This document shows, in pieces, positions 1 to 15,000 of a DNA stretch of 64,000 nt (the stretch's first letter is position 1; every line of letters starts with the position of its first letter). The notes under the pieces are model-generated. The model searched no databases. It was given only the letters and a program-made list of their open reading frames with translations, and was not told the DNA's origin. The stretch covers positions 50,964,001-51,028,000 of the forward strand of contig OZ024741.1 of NCBI GenBank assembly GCA_964016885.1. Reading direction: 5' to 3'. The translations under genes and the position numbers were made by a program. The stretch is from Eledone cirrhosa (lineage: Eukaryota).

Positions 1-3000
1 GTGTCTATGTATTGTGTGGTTATATTGGTGTAGAGAGAGTTGGCTGATGGTTCGATGGTTGTGGAGGGTGGTGTCTATGTATTGTGTGGTTATATTGGTG
101 TAAAGAGAGTTGGTTGATGGTTCGATGGTGGTGGACGGTGGTGTCTAAGTATTGTGTGGTTATATTGGTGTAAAGAGAGTTGGCTGATGGTTCGATGGTG
201 GTGGACGGTGGTGTCTATGTATTGTGTGGTTATAGTGGTGTAGAGTTGGCTGATGGTTCGATGGTGGTGGAGGGTGGTGTCTGTGTATTGTGTGGTTATA
301 TTGGTGTAGAGTTGGCTGATGGTTCGATGGTGGGGGATGGTGGTGTTTATGTATCGTATGGTTATATTGGTGTAGAGAGAGTTGGCTGATGGTTCGATGG
401 TGGTGGATGGTGGTGTCTATGTATCGTGTGGTTATATTGGTGTAGAGTGAGTTGGCTGATGGTTCGACGGTGGTGGACGGTGGTGGCTATGTATCGTGTG
501 GTTATATTGGTGTAAAGAGAGTTGGCTGATGGTTCAATGGTGGTGGACGGTGGTGTCTATGTATTGTGTGGTTATATTGTTGTAGAGTGGGCTGATGGTT
601 CGATGGTGGTGGATGGTGGTGTCTATGTATTGTGTGGTTATATTGTTGTAGAGTTGGCTGATGGTTCGATGGTGGTGGACGGTGGTGTCTATGTATTGTG
701 TGGTTATATTGGTGTAGAGCTGGCTGATGGTTCGATGGTGGTGGACGGTGGTGTCTATGTATTGTGTGGTTATATTGGTGTAGAGTTGGCTGATGGTTCG
801 ATGGTGGTGGATGGTGGTGTCTATGTATTGTGTGGTTATATTGGTGTAGAGAGAGTTGGTTGATGGTTCGATGGTGGTGGATGGTGGTGTCTATGTATTG
901 TGTGGTTATATTGGTGTAAAGAGAGTTGGCTGATGGTTCGATGGTGGTGGATGGTGGTGTCTATGTATTGTGTGGTTATATTGGTGTAGAGAGAGTTGGC
1001 TGATGGTTCGATGGTGGTGGAGGGTGGTGTCTATGTATTGTGTGGTTATATTGGTGTAAAGAGAGTTGGCTGATGGTTCGATGGTGGTGGATGGTGGTGT
1101 CTATGTATTGTGTGGTTATATTGGTGTAGAGAGAGTTGGCTGATGGTTCGATGGTGGTGGACGGTGGTGTCTATGTATTGTGTGGTTATATTGGTGTAGA
1201 GTTGGCTGATGGTTCGATGGTGGTGGACGGTGGTGTCTATGTATTGTGTGGTTATATTGATGTAAAGAGAGTTGGCTGATAGTTCGATGGTTGTGGACGG
1301 TGGTGTCTATGTATTGTGTGGTTATATTGGTGTAAAGAGAGTTGGCTGATGGTTTGATGGTGGTGGATGGTGGTGTCTATGTATTGTGTGGTTATATTGG
1401 TGTAGAGAGAGTTGGTTGATGGTTCGATGGTGGTGGAGGGTGGTGTCTATGTATTGTGTGGTTATATTGGTGTAGAGAGAGTTGGCTGATGGTTCGATGG
1501 TGGTGGAGGGTGGTGTCTATGTATTGTGTGGTTATATTGGTGTAGAGTTGGCTGGTGGTTCGATGGTGGTGGACGATGGTGTCTATGTATTGTGTGGTTA
1601 TATTGATGTAAAGAGAGTTGGCTGATAGTTCGATGGTGGTGGACGGTGGTGTCTATGTATTGTGTGGTTATATTGGTGTAAAGAGAGTTGGCTGATAGTT
1701 TGATGGTGGTGGATGGTGGTGTCTATGTATTGTGTGGTTATATTGGTGTAGAGAGAGTTGGTTGATGGTTCGATGGTGGTGGAGGGTGGTGTCTATGTAT
1801 TGTGTGGTTATATTGGTGTAGAGAGAGTTGGCTGATGGTTCGATGGTGGTGGAGGATGGTGTCTATGTATTGTGTGGTTATATTGGTGTAGAGTTGGCTG
1901 GTGGTTCGATGGTGGTGGACGATGGTGTCTATGTATTGTGTGGTTATATTGGTGTAGCGAGAGTTGGTTGATGGTTCGATGGTGGTGGACGGTGGTGTCT
2001 ATGTATGGTGTGGTTATATTGGTGTAAAGAGAGTTGGCTGATGGTTCGATGGTGGTGGAGGGTGGTGTCTATGTATTGTGTGGTTATATTGGTGTAAAGA
2101 GTGTTGGCTGATGGTTCGATGTTGGTGGATGGTGGTGTCTATGTATTGTGTGGTTATATCGGTGTAGAGAGAGTTGGTTGATGGTTCGATGGTGGTGGAC
2201 GGTGGTGTCTGTGTATTGTGTGGTTATATTGGTGTAAAGTTGGCTGATGGTTCGATGGTGGTGGATGGTGGTGTCTATGTATTGTGTGGTTATATTGGTG
2301 TAGAGTTGGCTGATGGTTCGATGGTGGTGGACGGTGGTGTCTATGTATTGTGTGGTTATATTGGTGTAGAGAGAGTTGGCTGATGGTTCGATGGTGGTGG
2401 ACGGTGGTGTCTATGTATTGTGTGGTTATATTGGTGTAGAGAGATGGCTGATGGTTCGATGGTGGTGGACGGTGGTGTCTATGTATTGTGTGGTTATATT
2501 GGTGTAGAGAGAGTTGGCTGATGGTTCGATGGTGGTGGTCGGTGGTGTCTATGTATCGTGTGGTTATATTGGTGTAAAGAGAGTTGGTTGATGGTTCGAT
2601 GGTGGTGGACGGTGGTGTCTATGTATCGTGTGGTTATATTGGTGTAGAGAGAGTTGGTTGATGGTTCGATGGTGGTGGACGGTGGTGTCTATGTATTGTG
2701 TGGTTATATTGGTGTAAAGAGTGTTGGCTGATGGTTCGATGATGGTGGATGGTGGTGTCTATGTATCGTGTGGTTATATTGGTGTAGAGTTGGCTGATGG
2801 TTCGATGGTGGTGGACGGTGGTGTCTATGTATTGTGTGGTTATATTGGTGTAGAGAGAGTTGGCTGATGGTTCGATGGTGGTGGACGGTGGTGTCTGTGT
2901 ATTGTGTGGTTATATTGGTGTAAAGAGAGTTGGCTGATGGTTCGATGGTTGTGGAGGGTGGTGTCTATGTATTGTGTGGTTATATTAGTGTAGAGTTTGC

Positions 3001-6000
3001 TGATGGTTCGATGGTGGTGGACGGTGGTGTCTACGTATTGTGTGGTTATATTGGTGTAGAGTTGGCTGATGGTTCGATGGTGGTGGAGGGTGGTGTCTGT
3101 GTATTGTGTGGTTATATTGGTGTAGAGTTGGCTGATGGTTCGATGGTGGGGGATGGTGGTGTCTATGTATCGTATGGTTATATTGGTGTAGAGAGAGTTG
3201 GCTGATGGTTCGATGGTGGTGGATGGTGGTGTCTATGTATCGTGTGGTTATATTGGTGTAGAGTGAGTTGGCTGATGGTTCGATGGTGGTGGAGGGTGGT
3301 GTCTATGTATTGTGTGGTTATATTGGTGTAAAGAGAGTTGGCTGATGGTTCGATGGTGGTGGATGGTGGTGTCTATGTATTGTGTGGTTATATTGTTGTA
3401 GAGTTGGCTGATGGTTCGATGGTGGTGGACGGTGGTGTCTATGTATTGTGTGGTTATATTGGTGTAGAGAGAGTTGGCTGATGGTTCGATGGTGGTGGAT
3501 GGTGGTGGCTATGTATCGTGTGGTTATATTGGTGTAAAGAGAGTTGGCTGATGGTTCGATGGTGGTGGAGGGTGGTGTCTATGTATTGTGTGGTTATATT
3601 GTTGTAGAGTGGGCTGATGGTTCGATGGTGGTGGATGGTGGTGTCTATGTATTGTGTGGTTATATTGTTGTAGAGTTGGCTGATGGTTCGATGGTGGTGG
3701 ACGGTGGTGTCTATGTATTGTGTGGTTATATTGTTGTAGAGTGGGCTGATGGTTCGATGGTGGTGGAGGGTGGTGTCTATGTATTGTGTGGTTATATTGT
3801 TGTAGAGTTGGCTGATGGTTCGATGGTGGTGGACGGTGGTGTCTATGTATTGTGTGGTTATATTGGTGTAGAGTTGGCTGATGGTTCGATGGTGTTGGAC
3901 GGTGGTGTCTATGTATTGTGTGGTTATATTGGTGTAGAGTTGGCTGATGGTTCGATGGTGGTGGATGGTGGTGTCTATGTATTGTGTGGTTATATTGGTG
4001 TAGAGAGAGTTGGTTGATGGTTCGATGGTGGTGGATGGTGGTGTCTATGTATTGTGTGGTTATATTGGTGTAGAGAGATTTGGCTGATGGTTCGATGGTG
4101 GTGGATGGTGGTGTCTATGTATTGTGTGGTTATATTGTTGTAGAGTTGGCTGATGGTTCGATGGTGGTGGACGGTGGTGTCTATGTATTGTGTGGTTATA
4201 TTGGTGTAGAGAGAGTCGGCTGATGGTTCGATGGTGGTGGATGGTGGTGTCTATGTATCGTGTGGTTATATTGGTGTAGAGAGAGTTGGCTGATGGTTCG
4301 ATGGTGGTTGACGGTGGTGTCTATGTATCGTGTGGTTATATTGGTGTAGAGAGAGTTGGCTGATGGTTCGATGGTGGTGGACGGTGGTGTCTATGTATTG
4401 TGTGGTTATATTGGTGTAGAGAGAGTTGGTTGATCGTTCGATGGTGGTGGACGGTGGTGTCTATGTATCGTGTGGTTATATTGGTGTAGAGAGATGGCTG
4501 ATGGTTCGATGGTGGTGGACGGTGGGGTCTATGTATCGTGTGGTTATATTGGTGTAAAGAGAGTTGGTTGATGGTTCGATGGTGGTGGACGGTGGGGTCT
4601 ATGTATAGTGTGGTTATATTGGTGTAGAGAGAGTTGGCTGATGGTTCGATGGTGGTGGACGGTTGTGTCTATGTATTGTGTGGTTATATAGGTGTAGAGT
4701 TGGCTGATGGTTCGATGGTGGTGGACGGTGGTGTCTATGTATTGTGTGGTTATATTGGTGTAGAGTTGGCTGATGGTTCAATGGTGGTGGACGGTGGTGT
4801 CTATGTATCGTGTGGTTATATTGGTGTAAAGAGAGTTGGCTGATAGTTCGATGGTGGTGGAGGGTGGTGTCTATGTATTGTGTGGTTATATTGGTGTAAA
4901 GAGAGTTGGCTGATGGTGCGATGGTGGTGGACGGTTGTGTCTATGTATTGTGTGGTTATATAGGTGTAGAGTTGGCTGATGGTTCGATGGTGGTGGACGG
5001 TGGTGTCTATGTATTGTGTGGTTATATTGGTGTAAAGAGAGTTGGCTGATGGTTCGATGGTGGTGGATGGTGGTGTCTATGTATTGTGTGGTTATATTGG
5101 TGTAGAGAGAGTTGGCTGATGGTTCGATGGTGGTGGAGGGTGGTGTCTATGTATTGTGTGGTTATATTGGTGTAGAGTTGGCTGATGGTTCGATGGTGGT
5201 GGACGGTGGTGTCTATGTATTGTGTGGTTATATTGATGTAAAGAGAGTTGGCTGATAGTTCGATGGTGGTGGACGGTGGTGTCTATGTATTGTGTGGTTA
5301 TATTGATGTAAAGAGAGTTGGCTGATGGTTCGATGGTGGTGGATGGTGGTGTCTATGTATTGTGTGGTTATATTGGTGTAGAGAGAGTTGGCTGATGGTT
5401 CGATGGTGGTGGATGGTTGTGTCTATGTATTGTGTGGTTATATTGGTGTAGAGTTGGCTGGTGGTTCGATGATGGTGGACGGTGGTGTCTATGTATTGTG
5501 TGGTTATATTGGTGTAGCGAGAGTTGGTTGATGGTTCGATGGTGGTGGACGGTGGTGTCTATGTATTGTGTGGTTATATTGGTGTAAAGAGAGTTGGCTG
5601 ATGGTTCGATGGTGGTGGACGGTGGTGTCTATGTATTGTGTGCTTATATTGGTGTAGAGAGAGTTGGCTGATGGTTCGATGGTGGTGGGAGGTGGTATCT
5701 ATGTATTGTGTGGTTATATTGGTGTAGAGAGAGTTGGCTGATGGTTCGATGGTGGTGGATGGTGGTGTCTATGTATTGTGTGGTTATATTGGTGTAGATA
5801 GTGTTTGGCTGATGGTTCGATGGTGGTGGACGGTGGTGTCTATGTATTGTGTGGTTATATTGGTGTAGAGAGAGTTTGGCTGATGGTTCGATGGTGGTGG
5901 ACGGTGGTGTCTATGTATTGTGTGGTTATATTGGTGTAGAGAGAGTTGGTTGATGGTTCGATGGTGGTGGACGGTGGTGTCTATATATTGTGTGGTTATA

Positions 6001-9000
6001 TTGGTGTAGAGAGATGGCTGATGGTTCGATGGTGGTGGACGGTGGTGTCTCTGTATTGTGTGGTTATATTGGTGTAGAGAGAGTTGGCTGATGGTTCGAT
6101 GGTGGTGGACGGTGGTGTCTATGTATCGTGTGGTTATATTGGTGTAGAGTTGGCTGATGGTTCGCTGGTGGTGGATGGTGGTGTCTATGTATTGTGTGGT
6201 TATATTGGTGTAGAGTGAGTTGGCTGATGGTTCGATGGTGGTGGAGGGTGGTGTCTATGTATTGTGTGGTTATATTGGTGTAAAGAGAGTTGGCTGATGG
6301 TTCGATGGTGGTGGACGGTGGTGTCTGTGTATTGTGTGGTTATATTGGTGTAGAGTTGGCTGATGGTTCGATGGTGGTGGATGGTGGTGTCTATGTATTG
6401 TGTGGTTATATTGGTGTAGAGTGAGTTGGCTGATGATTCGATGGTGGTGGATGGTGGTGTCTATGTATTGTGTGGTTATATTGGTGTAGAGAGAGTTGGT
6501 TGATGGTTCGATGGTGGTGGACGGTGGTGTCTATGTATTGTGTGGTTATATTGGTTTAGAGTTGGCTGATGGTTCGATGGTGGTGGAGGGTGGTGTCTAT
6601 GTATCGTGTGGTTATATTGGTGTAAAGAGAGTTGGCTGATGGTTCGATGGTGGTGGACGGTGGTGTCTATGTATTGTGTGGTTATATTGGTGTAGAGTTG
6701 GCTGGTGGTTCGATGGTGGTGGACGGTGGTGTCTATGTATTGTGTGGTTATATTGGTTTAGAGTTGGCTGATGGTTCGATGGTGGTGGACGGTGGTGTCT
6801 ATGTATTGTGTGGTTATATTGGTGTAGAGAGAGTTGGCTGATGGTTCGATTGTGGTGGAGGGTGGTGTCTATGTATTGTGTGGTTATATTGGTGTAAAGA
6901 GAGTTGGTTGATGGTTCAATGGTGGTGGAGGGTGGTGTCTATGTATTGTGTGGTTATATTGGTTTAGAGTTGGCTGATGGTTCGATGGTGGTGGACGGTG
7001 GTGTCTATGTATTGTGTGGTTATATTGGTGTAGAGAGAGTTGGCTGATGGTTCGATTGTGGTGGAGGGTGGTGTCTATGTATTGTGTGGTTATATTGGTG
7101 TAAAGAGAGTTGGTTGATGGTTCAATGGTGGTGGAGGGTGGTGTCTATGTATTGTGTGGTTATATTGGTGTAAAGAGAGTTGGCTGATGGTTCGATGGTG
7201 GTGGAGGGTGGTGTCTATGTATTGTGTGGTTATATTGGTGTAAAGAGAGTTGGCTGATGGTTCGATGGTGGTGGAGGGTGGTGTCTATGTATTGTGTGGT
7301 TATATTGGTGTAAATAGAGTTGGTTGATGGTTCAATGGTGGTGGAGGGTGGTGTCTATGTATTGTGTGGTTATATTGGTGTAAAGAGAGTTGGCTGATGG
7401 TTCAATGGTGGTGGACGGTGGTGTTTATGTATTGTGTGGTTATATTGGTGTAGAGAGAGTTGGCTGATGGTTCAATGGTGGTGGACGGTGGTGTCTATGT
7501 ATTGTGTGGTTATATTGGTGTAGAGAGAGTTGGCTGATGGTTCGATGGTGGTGGAGGGTGGTGTCTATGTATTGTGTGGTTATATTGGTGTAGAGTTGGC
7601 TGATGGTTCGATGGTGGTGGATGGTGGTGTCTATGTATTGTGTGGTTATATTGGTGTAGAGAGAGTTGGCTGATGGTTCGATGGTGGTGGAGGGTGGTGT
7701 CTATGTATTGTGTGGTTATATTGGTGTAGAGTTGGCTGATGGTTCGATGGTGGTGGACGGTGGTGTCTATGTATTGTGTGATTATATTGGTGTAGAGTGA
7801 GTTGGCTGATGGTTCGATGGTGGTGGATGGTGGTGTCTATGTATTGTGTGGTTATATTGGTGTAGAGAGAGTTGGTTGATGGTTCAATGGTGGTGGACGG
7901 TGGTGTCTATGTATTGTGTGGTTATATTGGTGTAGAGAGAGTTGGCTGATGGTTCGATGGTGGTGGACGGTGGTGTCTGTGTATTGTGTGGTTATATTGG
8001 TGTAGAGAGAGTTGGCTGATGGTTCGATGGTGGTGGATGGTGGTGTCTATGTATTGTGTGGTTATATTGGTGTAGATAGAGTTGGTTGATGGTTCGATGG
8101 TGGTGGAGGGTGGTGTCTATGTATTGTGTGGTTATATTGGTGTAAAGAGAGTTGGCTGATAGTTCGATGGTGGTGGATGGTGGTGTCTATGTATTGTGTG
8201 GTTATATTGATGTAAAGAGAGTTGGCTGATGGTTCGATGGTGGTGGAGGGTGGTGTCTATGTATTGTGTGGTTATATTGGTGTAAAGAGAGTTGGCTGAT
8301 GGTTCGATGGTGGTGGATGGTGGTGTCTATGTATTGTGTGGTTATATTGGTGTAGAGAGAGTTGGCTGATGGTTCGATGGTGGTGGACGGTGGTGTCTGT
8401 GTATTGTGTGGTTATATTGGTGTAGAGTTGGCTGATGGTTCGATGGTGGTGGACGGTGGTGTCTATGTATCGTGTGGTTATATAGGTGTAGAGTTGGCTA
8501 ATGGTTCGATGGTTGTGGGAGGTGGTGTCTATGTATTGTGTGGTTATATTGGTGTAAAGAGAGTTGGCTGATGGTTCGATGGTGGTGGAGGGTGGTGTCT
8601 ATGTATTGTGTGGTTATATTGGTGTAGAGTTGGCTGATGGTTCGATGGTGGTGGACGGTGGTGTCTATGTATTGTGTGGTTATATTAGTGTAGAGTTGGC
8701 TGATGGTTCGATGGTGGTGGAAGGTGGTGTCTATGTATCGTGTGGTTATATAGGTGTAGAGTTGGCTAATGGTTCGATGGTTGTGGGAGGTGGTGTCTAT
8801 GTATTGTGTGGTTATATTGGTGTAAAGAGAGTTGGCTGATGGTTCGATGGTGGTGTCTATGTATTGTGTGGTTATATTGGTGTAGAGTTGGCTGATGGTT
8901 CGATGGTGGTGGACGGTGGTGTCTATGTATTGTGTGGTTATATTGGTGTAAAGAGAGTTGGCTGATGGTTCGATGGTGGTGGACGGTGGTGTCTATGTAT

Positions 9001-12000
9001 TGTGTGGTTATATTGGTGTAGAGAGAGTTGGCTGATGGTTCGATGGTGGTGGAGGGTGGTGTCTATGTATTGTGTGGTTATATTGGTGTAGAGTTGGCTG
9101 ATGGTTCGATGGTGGTGGAGGGTGGTGTCTATGTATTGTGTGGTTATATTGGTGTAAAGAGAGTTGGCTGATGGTTCGATGGTGGTGGACGGTGGTGTCT
9201 ATGTATCGTGTGGTTATATTGGTGTAGAGAGAGTTGGCTGATGGTTCGATGGTGGTGGACGGTGGTGTCTGTGTATTGTGTGGTTATATTGGTGTAGAGA
9301 GAGTTGGTTGATGGTTCGATGGTGGGGGACGGTGGTGTCTATGTATTGTGTGGTTATATTGGTGTAGAGAGAGTTGGTTGATGGTTCGATGGTGGTGGAT
9401 GGTGGTGTCTATGTATTGTGTGGTTATATTGGTGTAGAGAGAGTTGGCTGATGGTTCGATGGTGGTGGATGGTGGTGTCTATGTATTGTGTGGTTATATT
9501 GGTGTAGAGAGAGTTGGCTGATGGTTCGATGGTGGTGGATGGTGGTGTCTATGTATTGTGTGGTTATATTGGTGTAAAGAGAGTTGGCTGATGGTTCGAT
9601 GGTGGTGGATGGTGGTGTCTATGTATTGTGTGGTTATATTGGTGTAGAGAGAGTTGGTTGATGGTTCGATGGTGGTGGATGGTGGTGTCTGTGTATTGTG
9701 TGGTTATATTGGTGTAGCGAGAGTTGGTTGATGGTTCGATGGTGGTGGAGGGTGGTGTCTATGTATTGTGTGGTTATATTGGTGTAAAGAGAGTTGGCTG
9801 ATGGTTCGATGGTGGTGGAGGGTGGTGTCTATGTATTGTGTGGTTATATTGGTGTAGAGAGAGTTGGTTGATGGTTCGATGGTGGTGGAGGGTGGTGTCT
9901 ATGTATTGTGTGGTTATATTGGTGTAGAGAGAGTTGGCTGATGGTTCGATGGTGGTGGATGGTGGCGTCTATGTATTCTGTGGTTATATTAGTGTAAAGA
10001 GAGTTGGCTGATGGTTCGATGGTGGTGGAGGGTGGTGTCTATGTATTGTGTGGTTATATTGGTGTAGAGAGAGTTGGTTGATGGTTCGATGGTGGTGGAG
10101 GGTGGTGTCTATGTATCGTGTGGTTATATTGGTGTAGAGAGAGTTGGCTGATGGTTCGATGGTGGTGGATGGTGGCGTCTATGTATTCTGTGGTTATATT
10201 GGTGTAGAGAGAGTTGGCTGATGGTTCGATGGTGGTGGATGGTGGTGTCTATGTATTGTGTGGTTATATTGGTGTAGAGAGAGTTGGCTGATGGTTCGAT
10301 GGTGGTGGAGGGTGGTGTCTATGTATTGTGTGGTTATATTGGTGTAGAGAGAGTTGGCTGATGGTTCGATGGTGGTGGAGAGTGGTGTCTATGTATTGTG
10401 TGGTTATATTGGTGTAGAGAGAGTTGGCTGATGGTTTGATGGTGGTGGAGGGTGGTGTCTATGTATTGTGTGGTTATATTGGTGTAGAGAGACTTGGCTG
10501 ATGGTTCGATGCTGGTGGAGGGTGGTTTCTATGTATTGTGTGGTTATATTGGTGTAGAGAGAGTTGGCTGATGGTTTGATGGTGGTGGAGGGTGGTGTCT
10601 GTGTATTGTGTGGTTATATTGGTGTAGAGAGAGTTGGCTGATGGTTCGATGGTGGTTGACGGTGGCGTCTGTGTATCGTGTGGTTATATTGGTGTAGAGA
10701 GAGTTGGCTGATGGTTCGATGGTGGTGGAGGGTAGTGTCTATGTATTGTGTGGTTATATTGGTGTAGAGAGAGTTGGTTGATGGTTCGATGGTGGTGGAT
10801 GGTGGTGTCTATGTATTGTGTGGTTATATTGGTGTAGAGAGAGTTGGCTGATGGTTCGATGGTGGTGGATGGTTGTGTCTATGTATTGTGTGGTTATATT
10901 GGTGTAGAGAGAGTTGGTTGATGTTTCGATGGTGGTGGAGGGTGGTGTCTATGTATTATGTGGTTATATTGGTGTAGAGAGAGTTGGTTGATGGTTCGAT
11001 GGTGGTGGATGGTGGTGTCTATGTATTGTGTGGTTATTTTGGTGTAGAGTTGGCTGATGGTTCGATGGTGGTGGAGGGTGGTGTCTATGCATTGTGTGGT
11101 TATATTGGTGTAGAGAGAGTTGGCTGATGGTTCGATGGTGGTGGACGGTGGTGTCTATGTATTGTGTGGTTATATTGGTGTAGAGAGAGTTGGCTGATGG
11201 TTCGATGGTGGTGGAGGGTGATGTCTATGTATTGTGTGGTTATATTGGTGTAGAGAGAGTTGGTTGATGGTTCGATGGTGGTGGACGGTGGTGTCTATGT
11301 ATTCTGTGGTTATATTGGTGTAAAGTTGGCTGATGGTTCGATGGTGGTGGACGGTGGTGTCTGTGTATTGTATGGTTATATTGGTGTAGAGAGAGTTGGC
11401 TGATGGTTCGATGGTGGTGGATGGTGGTGTCTATGTATTGTGTGGTTATATTCGTGTAAAGTTGGCTGATGGTTCGATGGTGGTGGACGGTGGTGTCTGT
11501 GTATTGTGTGGTTATATTGGTGTAGAGAGAGTTGGCTGATGGTTCGATGGTGGTTGACGGTGGCGTCTGTGTATCGTGTGGTTATATTGGTGTAGAGAGA
11601 GTTGGCTGATGGTTCGATGGTGGTGGAGGGTAGTGTCTATGTATTGTGTGGTTATATTGGTGTAGAGAGAGTTGGTTGATGGTTCGATGGTGGTGGATGG
11701 TGGTGTCTATGTATTGTGTGGTTATATTGGTGTAGAGAGAGTTGGCTGATGGTTCGATGGTGGTGGATGGTTGTGTCTATGTATTGTGTGGTTATATTGG
11801 TGTAGAGAGAGTTGGTTGATGTTTCGATGGTGGTGGAGGGTGGTGTCTATGTATTATGTGGTTATATTGGTGTAGAGAGAGTTGGTTGATGGTTCGATGG
11901 TGGTGGATGGTGGTGTCTATGTATTGTGTGGTTATTTTGGTGTAGAGTTGGCTGATGGTTCGATGGTGGTGGAGGGTGGTGTCTATGCATTGTGTGGTTA

Positions 12001-15000
12001 TATTGGTGTAGAGAGAGTTGGCTGATGGTTCGATGGTGGTGGACGGTGGTGTCTATGTATTGTGTGGTTATATTGGTGTAGAGAGAGTTGGCTGATGGTT
12101 CGATGGTGGTGGAGGGTGATGTCTATGTATTGTGTGGTTATATTGGTGTAGAGAGAGTTGGTTGATGGTTCGATGGTGGTGGACGGTGGTGTCTATGTAT
12201 TCTGTGGTTATATTGGTGTAAAGTTGGCTGATGGTTCGATGGTGGTGGACGGTGGTGTCTGTGTATTGTATGGTTATATTGGTGTAGAGAGAGTTGGCTG
12301 ATGGTTCGATGGTGGTGGATGGTGGTGTCTATGTATTGTGTGGTTATATTCGTGTAAAGTTGGCTGATGGTTCGATGGTGGTGGACGGTGGTGTCTGTGT
12401 ATTGTGTGGTTATATTGGTGTAGAGAGAGTTGGCTGATGGTTCGATGGTGGTGGATGGTGGTGTCTATGTATTGTGTGGTTATATTGGTGTTGAGTTGGC
12501 TGATGGTTCGATGGTGGTGGATGGTGGTGTCTATGTATTGTGTGGTTATATTGGCGTAAAGAGAGTTGGCTGATGGTTCGATGGTGGTGGAGGGTGGTGT
12601 CTATGTATTGTGTGGTTATATTGGTGTAAAGAGTGTTGGCTGATGGTTCGATGGTGGTGGATGGTGGTGTCTATGTATTGTGTGGTTATATTGGTGTAGA
12701 GAGAGTTGGTTGATGGTTCGATGGTGGTGGACGGTGGTGTCTATGTATTGTGTGGTTATATTGGTGTAAAGAGAGTTGGTTGATGGTTCGATGGTGGTGG
12801 ACGGTGGTGTCTATGTATTGTGTGGTTATATTGGTGTAGAGTTGGCTGATGGTTCGATGGTGGTGGATGGTGGTGTCTATGTATTGTGTGGTTATAGTGG
12901 TGTAGAGAGACTTGGCTGATGGTTCGGAGGTGGTGGACGGTGGTGTCTGTGTATTGTGTGGTTATATTGGTGTAGAGAGAGTTGGCTGATGGTTCGATGG
13001 TGGTGGACGGTGGTGTCTATGTATTGTGTGGTTATATTGGTGTAGAGAGAGTTGGCTGATGGTTCGATGGTGGTGGATGGTGGTGTCTATGTATTGTGTG
13101 GTTATATTGGTGTAGAGAGACTTGGCTGATGGTTCGGAGGTGGTGGACGGTGGTGTCTGTGTATTGTGTGGTTATATTGGTGTAGAGAGAGTTGGCTGAT
13201 GGTTCGATGGTGGTGGACGGTGGTGTCTATGTATTGTGTGGTTATATTGGTGTAGAGAGAGTTGGCTGATGGTTCGATGGTGGTGGATGGTGGTGTCTAT
13301 GTATTGTGTGGTTATATTGGTGTAGAGAGACTTGGCTGATGGTTCGGAGTTGGTGGACGGTGGTGTCTGTGTATTGTGTGGTTATATTGGTGTAGAGAGA
13401 TGGCTGATGGTTCGATGGTGGTGGACGGTGGTGTCTATGTATTGTGTGGTTATATTGGTGTAGAGAGAGTTGGCTGATGGTTCGATAGTGGTGGACGGTG
13501 GTGTCTATGTATCGTGTGGTTATATTGGTGTAAAGAGAGTTGGTTGATGGTTCGATGGTGGTGGACGGTGGTGTCTATGTATCGTGTGGTTATATTGGTG
13601 TAGAGAGAGTTGGCTGATGGTTCGATGGTGGTGGATGGTGGTGTCTATGTATTGTGTGGTTATATTGGTGTTGAGAGAGTTGGTTGATGTTTCGATGGTG
13701 GTGGACGGTGGTGACTATGTATCGTGTGGTTATATTGGTGTAGATAGAGTTGGTTGATGGTTCGATGGTGGTGGATGGTGGTGTCTATGTATTGTGTGGT
13801 TATATTGGTGTAGATAGAGTTGGGTGATGGTTCAATGGTGGGGGACGGTGGTGTCTATCTATTTTGTGGTTATATTGGTGTAGATAGAGTTGGTTGATGG
13901 TTCGATTGTGGTGGACGGTGGTGTCTATGTATTGTGTGGTTATATTGTAGTAGAGCTGGCTGATGGTTCGATGGTGGTGGACGGTGGCGTCTATGTATCG
14001 TGTGGTTATATTGGTGTAGAGTTGGCTGATGGTTCAATGGTGATGGACGGTGGTGTCTATGTATCGTGTGGTTATATTGGTGTAGAGAGAGTTGGCTGAT
14101 GGTTCGATGGTGGTGGACGGTGGTGTCTATGTATTGTGTGGTTATATTGGTGTAGAGTTGGCTGATTGTTCGATGGTGGTGGACGGTGGTGTCTATGTAT
14201 TGTGTGGTTATATTGGTGTAAAGAGAGTTGGCTGAGAGTTCGATGGTGGTGGAGGGTGGTGTCTACGTATCGTGTGGTTATATTGGTGTAGAGTGAGTTG
14301 GCTGATGGTTCGATGGTGGTGGATGGTGGTGTCTATGTATTGTGTGGTTATATTGGTGTAGATAGAGTTGGTTGATGGTTCGATGGTGGGGGACGGTGGT
14401 GTCTATGTATTTTGTGGTTATATTGGTGTAGATAGGGTTGGTTGATGGTTCGATTGTGGTGGACGGTGGTGTCTATGTATCGTGTGGTTATATTGGTGTA
14501 GAGTTGGCTGATGGTTCAATGGTGGTGGACGGTGGTGTCTATGTATCGTGTGGTTATATTGGTGTAGAGAGAGTTGGCTGATGGTTCGATGGTGGTGGAC
14601 GGTTGTGTCTATGTATTGTGTGGTTATATAGGTGTAGAGTTGGCTGATTGTTCGATGGTGTTGGACGGTGGTGTCTATGTATTGTGTGGTTATATTGGTG
14701 TAAAGAGAGTTGGCTGATAGTTCGATGGTGGTGGAGGGTGGTGTCTATGTATTGTGTGGTTATATTGGTGTAAAGAGAGTTGGCTGATGGTTCGATGGTG
14801 GTGGATGGTGGTGTCTATGTATCGTGTGGTTATATTGGTGTAGAGTTGGCTGATTGTTCGATGGTGGTGGACGGTGGTGTCTATGTATTGTGTGGTTATA
14901 TTGGTGTAAAGAGAGTTGGCTGATAGTTCGATGGTGGTGGAGGGTGGTGTCTATGTATTGTGTGGTTATATTGGTGTAAAGAGAGTTGGCTGATGGTTCG

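Noticed and set aside
1551-1558. Chi-like GCTGGTGG in some monomers
   Set aside because: A single A>G variant of GCTGATGG in a eukaryotic satellite; no functional basis
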